A stretch of 43,990 bases of DNA, taken from the NCBI GenBank assembly GCA_022822565.1, contig JAJEAX010000280.1:1-43990 (forward strand), in the 5' to 3' direction. The notes beneath the pieces were generated by a model, which was not told the DNA's origin, made no database searches, and saw only the letters and a list, made by a program, of their open reading frames with translations. Positions 30,457 to 39,100 of the stretch are shown here, piece by piece (position 1 is the stretch's first letter; each line of letters opens with the position of its first letter). This DNA is from Candidatus Latescibacterota bacterium (lineage in GTDB: Bacteria; Latescibacterota; UBA2968). The position numbers and the translations under genes are program-made.

Positions 30457-32133
30457 ATGCAGACCAACTACGACGTCAACATGCAGTTAGACGCAAAAGT
30501 GCCCATGCGAGATGGTATCAATCTCTCGGCCGACATCTACCTGCCTCGAGCACGCGGCAAATTTCCCACTGTGCTCATGCGAACGCCTTATGACAACAAC
30601 GCCGACAACATGGTAGAAAAAGCCCGGCGACTCGCCAACAATGGCTATGCCTGTGTTATTCAGGACTGTCGCGGACGGTGGGACTCAGAAGGGGAATATT
30701 ACGCCTTTCGGGAAGGTGAAGACGGGTATGACACTCAGGAATGGATCGGCAAACAGGAATGGTGCAATGGCAAAATCGGGATGGCCGGCAGTTCCTATGG
30801 CGGCACGGTCCAGTGGCGCAGCGCGCCATATCGCAGCCAGTACCTCAAATGCATCACACCCCGCGTTATATGCGCGGACTATTACTCTGGCCTGGTCCAC
30901 CCCGGCGGTGCTTTCCAACTCAATGTCCTGATGACCTGGGGCATGCGCACCAACGCCCGCACTGCACAAACCATTGAGTTCCACAACTGGACCGAAGCCT
31001 TCCGCGCACTGCCCCTCATAGAAATGGACGAGCGGGCAGGCCGCAACCTGAATTTCTGGAAAGACTGGGTCGATCACGATGCCTACGACGACTATTGGGA
31101 ACAATTCAACGACGAAACCAAATGGGGTGAAATTGCCGTCCCCGCGTTCAACATGGGCGGTTGGTACGATCTTTACGCGGCACAGACCTTCACCAACTTC
31201 AACGGCTTGCGCCTGCACGGTCGCACCGAAGAAGCCAAAAAGAGCAAACTCATCGTCGGACCCTGGCCACATTCTCTCAGCCTATCGCCCAAAACAGGTG
31301 ACATTGACTTTGGCGCACCGTCAATGGTCGATCTGGAAAGCCTCGAACAGCGCTGGTTCGACCACTGGCTCAAAGGCGTTGACAACGGCATTGTGGATGA
31401 ACCGCCTCTGCGCCTCTTCATCATGGGTATCAACCAGTGGCGCGACGAGTGCGAATGGCCGCTTGCGAGAACCCAATGGCAAAAATGGCACCTGCACTCG
31501 GGCGGCAGTGCCAATACGCTACTCGGCAACGGCACGCTCTCCACAGCATCACCGGAGGACGAATCACCCGACCACTACACCTATCACCCGCACTATCCCG
31601 TCCCGACAATGGGCGGCAACAACTGTTGTTCACCCCACATCGTACCATGGGGACCCTATGACCAGCGTCCCATAGAAATGCGGAACGACGTACTCTGTTA
31701 CACCAGCGATCCCCTCGAAACACCTCTGGAGGTCACGGGTCCCATCAAAGCCGTCATCTACGCCGCTACCGACTGTACAGACACGGACTGGACCGCCAAG
31801 CTCGTCGATGTATCGCCCACTGGATATGCTATGAACCTCTGCGATGGCATCTTGCGGGCGCGCTTTCGGGAAAGTCTCACCAATCCCACCTTACTCAACC
31901 CCGGCAACGTCTATGCATATCAAATTGATCTCGGCGTAACCGGAAACGTCTTCAAAAAAGGCCACCGTATCCGCCTTGAAATATCTTCTTCCAACTTTCC
32001 CCGGTTCGACCGCAATCTCAATACAGGCGGCTCTTTGGGCCGTGAGACCGAGATGCGCCAGGCCCATCAAACCGTCCATCACTCAAACGCATACCCATCC
32101 CACATCACGCTACCCGTCATTCCCACGACATAG
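30457..32133 (+). CDS. CocE/NonD family serine hydrolase
   Basis: MRDG..L.ADIY.P, RTPY, nucleophile GSSYGG, GPWPH, SSSNFPRFDRN; SD GGAGG. Confidence 0.93.
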   Translation: MQTNYDVNMQLDAKVPMRDGINLSADIYLPRARGKFPTVLMRTPYDNNADNMVEKARRLANNGYACVIQDCRGRWDSEGEYYAFREGEDGYDTQEWIGKQEWCNGKIGMAGSSYGGTVQWRSAPYRSQYLKCITPRVICADYYSGLVHPGGAFQLNVLMTWGMRTNARTAQTIEFHNWTEAFRALPLIEMDERAGRNLNFWKDWVDHDAYDDYWEQFNDETKWGEIAVPAFNMGGWYDLYAAQTFTNFNGLRLHGRTEEAKKSKLIVGPWPHSLSLSPKTGDIDFGAPSMVDLESLEQRWFDHWLKGVDNGIVDEPPLRLFIMGINQWRDECEWPLARTQWQKWHLHSGGSANTLLGNGTLSTASPEDESPDHYTYHPHYPVPTMGGNNCCSPHIVPWGPYDQRPIEMRNDVLCYTSDPLETPLEVTGPIKAVIYAATDCTDTDWTAKLVDVSPTGYAMNLCDGILRARFRESLTNPTLLNPGNVYAYQIDLGVTGNVFKKGHRIRLEISSSNFPRFDRNLNTGGSLGRETEMRQAHQTVHHSNAYPSHITLPVIPTT

Positions 32134-32147
32134 CAGCGGAGCATAAT

Positions 32148-33593
32148 ATGTCAGATTCTCGACCAAATATCCTGCTCATCATGACCGACCAGCAACGCGG
32201 CGACTGCATAGGTCTCGATCCTGTTAGTCCCCCGTGTCTGCAAACACCCAACCTGGACTGGCTTGCCCGCACGGGCACGCACTTTCACCGCGGATACTCC
32301 GAGTGCCCCAGTTGCATACCCGCCCGCCGCTGCCTGATGACCGGCACGGCACCCGCAGCAAATGGCGTTGTCGGATTTAAAAGTGCCCAATGGAACCCGC
32401 CTCACACCCTCGCTGGCGAATTGTCCAGGGCGGGGTATCAAACAGAAATGATCGGCAAACTCCACCTGAACCCCAAACGCAAGCGCTATGGTTTCGACCA
32501 CATGCAACTGGCCGACGCCACACGGGGCGACCACAACGAGTATGTCGAATGGCTACAGCAATACCACAACCGGAATGAAGTACATCCCGGCATGGCCCAC
32601 GGTATTTCCTCCAATGGATGGATTGGTCGCCCACACCACTTGCCCGAAGAACAGATGCACACCTTCTGGTGTATCGACAGGGCAATGGATTTTCTCCAAA
32701 AACGCGATCCCACGGCCCCTTTTTTTCTCAACATATCCCTTATCGACCCCCATCCCCCGCTTACCCCGCCAGCCCTCTATTACGACCGCTATGTCCAGCG
32801 CAACTTGCCCGATCCCGTCATCGGAGACTGGGCACCCAAATACGACGGTTCCCAAAAGGGTCTCGATCCCAATGCATGGCAAATTAGCCTCGACGAACAC
32901 GACATGCACTGTTCGCGTGCGGCCTATTACGGTATGATTAACTTCATAGACGACCAGATCGGCCGCCTCATCCAATATGCCGGTGGTCTCAACAACTGCC
33001 TGACCATCTTCACATCCGACCACGGCGAAATGCTGGGCGACCACAACCTCTTTCGCAAAACCTGGCCTTATGAAGCGTCTGCTCGCATTCCATTCCTCAT
33101 GCGCGCGCCAAAAAACTGGGGATATCCCGAAGAAATAACTTGCAAAAGCCCCGTCGGCATCCAGGACATCATGCCCACCATCCTCGATGCAGCAGGCATC
33201 GACATTCCCGATACCTGCACGGGCACAAGCCTCCTGCCCATTATGCAAGACGATACCGATCGCGCGCGGGAATTTCTACACGGAGAACACGCTGGCTGCT
33301 ATGCCTACGACCACGGCAACCACTATGTCACTGATGGGCACCACAAATACATCTGGTATTCTCAAACGGGCGAAGAACACCTTTTCAACCTGGACGAAGA
33401 CCCCCATGAAATGCGCGACATCACGCGTGATCCCGAAGCTGAAACGAGAATACAACCCTGGCGAAATCGTCTCATCGAATTTCTCAAAGACCGTCCAGAA
33501 GGTTTTACCGATGGTACGCGTTTAATCCCCGGCCAGCCCCACGAAGAACTCCTGCCGGACTACACTCCCGAAGCGACTTACCCGTATTTGTGA
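32148..33593 (+). CDS. Formylglycine-dependent sulfatase (Cys type), no signal peptide
   Basis: RPNILLIMTDQQR, CIPAR (CxPxR), GKLH, PHPP, SDHG. Confidence 0.93.
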   Translation: MSDSRPNILLIMTDQQRGDCIGLDPVSPPCLQTPNLDWLARTGTHFHRGYSECPSCIPARRCLMTGTAPAANGVVGFKSAQWNPPHTLAGELSRAGYQTEMIGKLHLNPKRKRYGFDHMQLADATRGDHNEYVEWLQQYHNRNEVHPGMAHGISSNGWIGRPHHLPEEQMHTFWCIDRAMDFLQKRDPTAPFFLNISLIDPHPPLTPPALYYDRYVQRNLPDPVIGDWAPKYDGSQKGLDPNAWQISLDEHDMHCSRAAYYGMINFIDDQIGRLIQYAGGLNNCLTIFTSDHGEMLGDHNLFRKTWPYEASARIPFLMRAPKNWGYPEEITCKSPVGIQDIMPTILDAAGIDIPDTCTGTSLLPIMQDDTDRAREFLHGEHAGCYAYDHGNHYVTDGHHKYIWYSQTGEEHLFNLDEDPHEMRDITRDPEAETRIQPWRNRLIEFLKDRPEGFTDGTRLIPGQPHEELLPDYTPEATYPYL

Positions 33594-33714
33594 GGTACAT
33601 ATCTTTCACGACATCATTGCCGCCATTGACGATTTGCAACGCCTGAAGCAGTTGCATCGTGCGGCGGTCCAGGTCTCCAGTCTTGAGGCATTTGAGCAAG
33701 CGTTGGATACGTGA
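33592..33714 (+). pseudogene. Start-less remnant resembling the C-terminus of an Rpn/DUF4351-like protein
   Basis: Frame reads EVHIFHDIIAAIDDLQRLKQLHRAAVQVSSLEAFEQALDT*; no start codon or SD found. Confidence 0.5.
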
Positions 33715-33784
33715 CGCGATTTCCTCTAAAAAACGCCCCAGCATCGTTGTGCCGAGGCATTTAATAATTAGGAAAAAAGATGCT

Positions 33785-33838
33785 GTAGGAGCGGCATCCC
33801 TGCCGCGATCAAGGTCGGGAAAGGGATTTCCCTCCTAC
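33785..33838. repeat. REP doublet (REPIN-like), GTAG class
   Basis: GTAGGA-GCGGCA-TCCC-TGCCGC-GA on plus and GTAGGA-GGGAAA-TCCC-TTTCCC-GA on minus, inverted with a 6-nt spacer. Confidence 0.8.
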
Positions 33839-33871
33839 GCGACTGCAAGAACCTAAATAATTACCCCCACT

Positions 33872-34087
33872 TTATTGCTCAAAACCGGTGTACACATACA
33901 TCTTATCATCAGCCTCATCAAGCACATAGAATCGGTTGTTGGCATACGTGATACCTGCCGGATTACCGTTGAAAGCATACAGATCGAAGGGCGAGGTTGG
34001 TGTGCTTGTTGTTGGCGTCCCACCACCATCGCCACCGCCCGAAGAACTGGTCTCAAACTCCGCTACGTAAATCTCATCGTCGATCAT
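33872..34087 (-). pseudogene. Gly/Ser/Thr linker plus a single NHL/beta-propeller blade fragment
   Basis: SSSGGGDGGGTPTTSTP...NGNPAGITYANNRFYVLD..DDKMYVY; TAATG overlap with the upstream LRR ORF. Confidence 0.55.
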
Positions 34088-36124
34088 TAGCGCACACTAA
34101 CCCCTCTACTCCGAAGAGTTGGAATATGCACGTTGCGTGATGTGGCACTCAGTGGGTTGTTTCTCACATCAACCCTGTCTCCACTGCCCAATCCCGTGTT
34201 TGCGACCAGAGGTGCGATATCCGAGATGCTGTTGTCGGAAAGATCCAGGTCTGTCAGGTTGGTCAAGGAAGATAGTGCAGATATATCCGAGATGCTGTTG
34301 CCGTCAAGATACAGAAAGTCCAGATTGGTCAAATTAGATAGTGCAGATATATCCGAGATGCTGTTGCCGGAAAGAGATAGAAAGTCCAAGTTGGTCAAAT
34401 TAGATAGTGCAGACACATCCGAGATGCTGTTGTCGTCAAGACTCAGACTGGTCAGACCGGTCAAGCCCGCCAGCGCAGACACATCCGAGATGCGGTTGTT
34501 GTAAAGAATCAGGTCTGTCAGGTTGGTCAAATTAGATAGTGCAGACACATCTGAGATGCTGTTGCCGGAAAGCCACAGCTCTGTCAGACTGGTCAAATTC
34601 GCATTCGCCAGCCCAGACACATCTGAGATGCTGTTGTTGGAAAGCCACAGCTCTGTCAGACTGGTCAAATTCGCATTCGCCAGCCCAGACACATCCGAAA
34701 GGCTGTTGTAGGCAAGATCTAACTCTGTCAGGCTGGTCAAATTCGCCAGTGCAGACACATCCGATATGTTGTTTTCGTAAAGATACAGCACTGTCAGACT
34801 GGTCGCAAACTCAAGCCCGGTCAAGTCGCTGATGTTTGCATCATATGCCTCAAGGCGCGTCAAGGTCGCCATCTCTGCCCTCGTAATCGCCGCACCACTC
34901 GCCTTGCCCAGACTATCCGCAATCACCGCACGCAGGTTTGCATCTGGAATGGTAACTGACGTACTGCCGCCATCACTGCTATCACCGCCGCAGTTGACAA
35001 CGCCCGATTTGTTCGCAATCCCCTGCAGCCACGTCTGGAACGCGGCGTCTGTCGGTGCACACAACTGCGTGTTACGCAGATCCAGCAATCTCAAGTTAGT
35101 GAGGTTGACCAAAGACGTCGGCAACTCACCCGACAAAGCGGTGTTGCTGGAAAGCTCCAGAATTTCCAGGTTGGAAAGGTTGCCGATCCAAGTCGGTATC
35201 GCGCCGCTCAACTGGTTGTCGTAAAGATACAGAAATTTCAGGTTGGAAAGGTTGCCGATCCAGGTTGGGATTGCGCCGCTCAACCGCATACTTCTGAGTT
35301 CCAGACTTTCCAGTTTCGAGAGGTTGTCAAGCTCGGCTGGCACTGAACCGCTCCACGGATTCCCCCCCAAACTCAACCAAGTCAGATTGGAAAGGCTACC
35401 GATCCAAGTCGGTATCGGTCCATTCAACCGATTATTGCTGAGTCTCAGATTTGTCAGGTTGGTGAGTTGCCTCAGCTCAGAAGGTATAGCCCCGCTTAGC
35501 TGGTTGTTGCCGAGATCGAGCTTGCTGGTCAGGTTGGTGAGTTGTCCCAGTTCGGATGGTATAGCCCCACTTAGCTGGTTGTTGTAGAGATGCAGTCTTG
35601 TAAGTTTAGACAGGTTGCCCAACGCCGAAGGTATCTGTCCACGCAATTGGTTACCGGGCAGGTACAAATCAACAACCCGTCCGTTTTCGTCGGTGGTCAC
35701 GCCGTGCCATTCGCCCAGCGGCCTGTCGCTGAGCCAGTTCGCCTTATTCGTCCAGTTCGGCCCATTCGTCGCGTTATACAGTGCCTCCAGCGCATCCCGA
35801 TCCGACGAAGAAGCTGCATTAACGGTTACGGTCACCGCCGGGGAGCAGTTGTTGTCTGTATCGCTCTCCCCGCTGACGCTCTCAACACACGCACCGTAGT
35901 AGTAGGTCTCCGCACTTGACGGCGCAGTCAAACTGAGTGACTGGACACTCCTGCCCGAAGAAGGCAGGATACCTACCGAGGAACTATCTACCTGTCTGTC
36001 GCTTGAAGATATAGTCGCATCAACAGATTGATAGTAGCGCAAGGTCGTTGCAGGGGCTTGCCCATTGCCCTGATTGCGGACGGTTGCCTGAAGGGTGAAG
36101 GATTGTCCCGCCGTCAGGGTGTTA
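34087..36124 (-). pseudogene. C-terminal half of the giant LRR protein (CARDB3, plant-type LRR array, internalin-type LRR array), out of frame with the N-terminal half
   Basis: The frame stays open upstream of the ORF-track start (NTLTAGQSFTLQATVRNQG...LRYYQS) up to the 1-bp deletion near 36124. Confidence 0.85.
34230..34830 (-). repeat. Tandem 66/72-bp internalin-type LRR units
   Basis: Recurrent GATAGTGCAGA(C/T)A(C/T)ATC(C/T)GAGATGCTGTTG; about 9 units. Boundaries approximate. Confidence 0.85.
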
Positions 36125-39100
36125 CGTTTACCGAAGGGGATTCCACGATCGGGTCTGGACTGCCACCGCTACCGCTACGCCCTGAAGTATCCAGCGCGAT
36201 GCCGAATGGACCACGCAAGCCCGTAACGAGGTCTTCAACATTGGTACCATCCAGGTTAGACCGCTGAACCTTGCCTGCCTCACTGTCCGACCAATACATC
36301 TTCTTGGTACCCACATCCAGCGCAATGCCCACTGGATCACGCAATCCTGTGGTAACGAGGTCTTCAACATTGGTACCATCCAGGTTAGACCGCTGAATCT
36401 TGTCACTGTTCGTCCAGTACATCTTGTCGCTATTCACATCCAGCGCGATGCCAAATGGACCACGCAAGCCCGTAACGAGGTCTTCAACATTGGTACCATC
36501 CAGGTTAGACCGCTGAACCTTGCCTGCCTCACTGTCCGACCAATACATCTTCTTGGCACCCACATCCAGTGCAATGTTACCTGGCCAGTTCAATCCCGTA
36601 ACGAGGTCTTCCACGCCGCTCCCGTCCAGATTCGACCGCTGAATCTTGCTCGGCCCCGTGTCCGTCCAATAGATCTTGCCGCTGCCTACATCCAGTGCAA
36701 TGCTACTTGGCCAGTTCAATCCCGTAACGAGGTCTTCCACGCCGCTCCCGTCCAGATTCGACCGCTGAATCTTGCTCGGCCCCGGATCCAACAAATTCGA
36801 CCAATAGATCTTGCCGCTGCCTACATCCAGCGCAATGCCGCTTGGCCAGATCAATCCCGAGACAAGGTCTTCCACGCCGCTCCCGTCCAGATTCGACCGC
36901 TGAATCTTGCCCGCATTCCAATCCGTCCAGTAGATCTTTGGCGTTCCGCTGCCACTACTGACCGTGACCTGCACCGCAGGCGAGCAGTTGTTATTCGTAT
37001 TCGATTCGCCAGAGACAGACGCAACACACGCACCGTAGTAGTAGGTCCCCGCACTTGACGGCGCAGTCAAACTGATCGATTCATCATTGGTCATGGAAGC
37101 GGCAAGGCCATCCACCGCGTCCGTGCCAACTTCTGTATCACCGGTCGAAATCGTCGCGTCTGACGAGCGATAGTAGCGCAAGGTCGTAGAGGCCGATGCG
37201 CTACCACCCTGATTGCGAACCGTAGCACTCAGCGTGAAGGATTGCCCGACAGTCAGACTGCTGTTGCTCACCGAAGGCGACTCAACCACCAAATCCGGTC
37301 CGGTCTCCACCGTCACCCGAATCCCATCCGAGCAGTTGTTGTCGGTATCGCTCTCCCCGCTGACGCTCTCAACACACGCACCGTAATAGTAGGTCCCCGC
37401 ACTCGACGGCGCAGTCAAACTGATCGATTCAGCACTGGTCCTGGAAGCGGCAAGATCATCCACCGCGTCTGTGCCGACTTCTGTATCGGTTGTAGAGATC
37501 GTCGCGTCTGACGAGCGGTAGTAGCGCAAGGTCGTTGCAGCGGATTGCCTACTGCCCTGATTGCGGACCGTAGCACTCAGCGTGAAGGATTGTCCTGTTG
37601 TCAGGGTGTTATCGTTTACCGAAGGGGATTCCACGATCAGGTCTGGACTGCCACAGTTGACAACGCCCGATTTGCTCGCAATCCCCTGTAGCCACGTCTG
37701 GAACGCGGCGTCCATCGGCGCGCATAACCCCGTGTTCTGCATCGACAGGGTTGTGAGATTGTTCAGACCGGTGAATGAACCGGGCAACGGGCCGGAAAGA
37801 CCGGCGTTGCCGTTAAGATACAGCTCTTGCAGGTTTGTGAGGTTGCCCAGCCAAGATGGAATACCGCCCGTCAAATCGTTGGCGCCAAGCCACAGCTCTT
37901 GCAGGTTAGTGAGGTTGCCCAACTCGACAGGGATACTACCCGACAATTCGTTGGCGTAAAGAGCCAGCCGTGTCAGGTTTGTGAGGCTGCCCAGCCAAGA
38001 TGGAATACCGCCCGTCAAATCGTTGGCGCCAAGAGACAGAGCTGTCAGGTTCGTCAGGTTGCCCAACTCAGAGGGGATACCACCCGACAATTCGTTGAAG
38101 GAAAGATCCAGCACTGTCAGGTTAGTGAGGCTGCCCAACTCGGTAGGGATACCACCCGACAACTCGTTCTGGTAAAGAACCAGCCATTGCAGGTTTGTGA
38201 GGTTGCCCAACTCAGCAGGGATACGACCCGTCAATTCGTTGAAGGAAAGATCCAGCCGTGTCAGGTTGGTCAGGCTACCCAACTCAGCAGGGATACGACC
38301 CGACAACGGGTTGTTCCTAAGCCACAGCACTTCCAAGTTAGTGAGGTTGCCCAACTCGGATGGGATACCACCCGTCAAATCGTTGCCTTGAAGCCACAGT
38401 TCTGTCAGGTTGGCGAGGCTGCCCAGTTCTGACGGGATGCTGCCAGATAATCCGTTGCCGATAAAGTAGTAACCGCCGCTTGCACGTGTATCTACACCGA
38501 CCGTGTCACCGTCGCCGGTTGCGATGGCGTAAAGGCGTAATTGTGTCACCCGTCCACTGGCGTCGGCTGTCACGCCATACCATTCATTCAGCGGTCGATC
38601 ACTCAACCAGTTCGTCTTGAAACGCCAGTTCGGCCCATCCGTCGCGTTGTACAGTGCCACCAGCGCATCCCGATCCGACGCTGGCACGTCGCCGCAGTTG
38701 ACAACGCCCCGTTTGTTCGCAATCCCCTGCAGCCACGTCTGGAACGCGGCGTCCGTCGGCGCGCACAAACCCGTGCCATCCATATGTAGGAGTTCGAGAG
38801 CGTCCAGACCGGTGAATGAACCGGGCAACGGGCCGGAGAGACTGGCGTTGGCGAAAAGATACAGCTCTGTCAGGTTAGTGAGGTTGCCCAACTCGGCGGG
38901 GATACTGCCAGACAATTGGTTGCGGTCAAGAGCCAGCCCTATCAGGTTGGAGAGGCTACCCAATTCGGAGGGGATACCACCCGACAACGCGTTGTTCCTG
39001 AGCCACAGTACTTCCAGGTTAGTGAGGTTGCCCAACTCGACAGGGATACTACCAGACAAATCGTTGCCGTTAAGAGCCAGCCCTGTCAGGTTTGTGAGGC

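Noticed and set aside
33505-33744. 79-aa minus-strand ORF
   Set aside because: It is the antisense shadow of the Rpn-like remnant and the sulfatase end.
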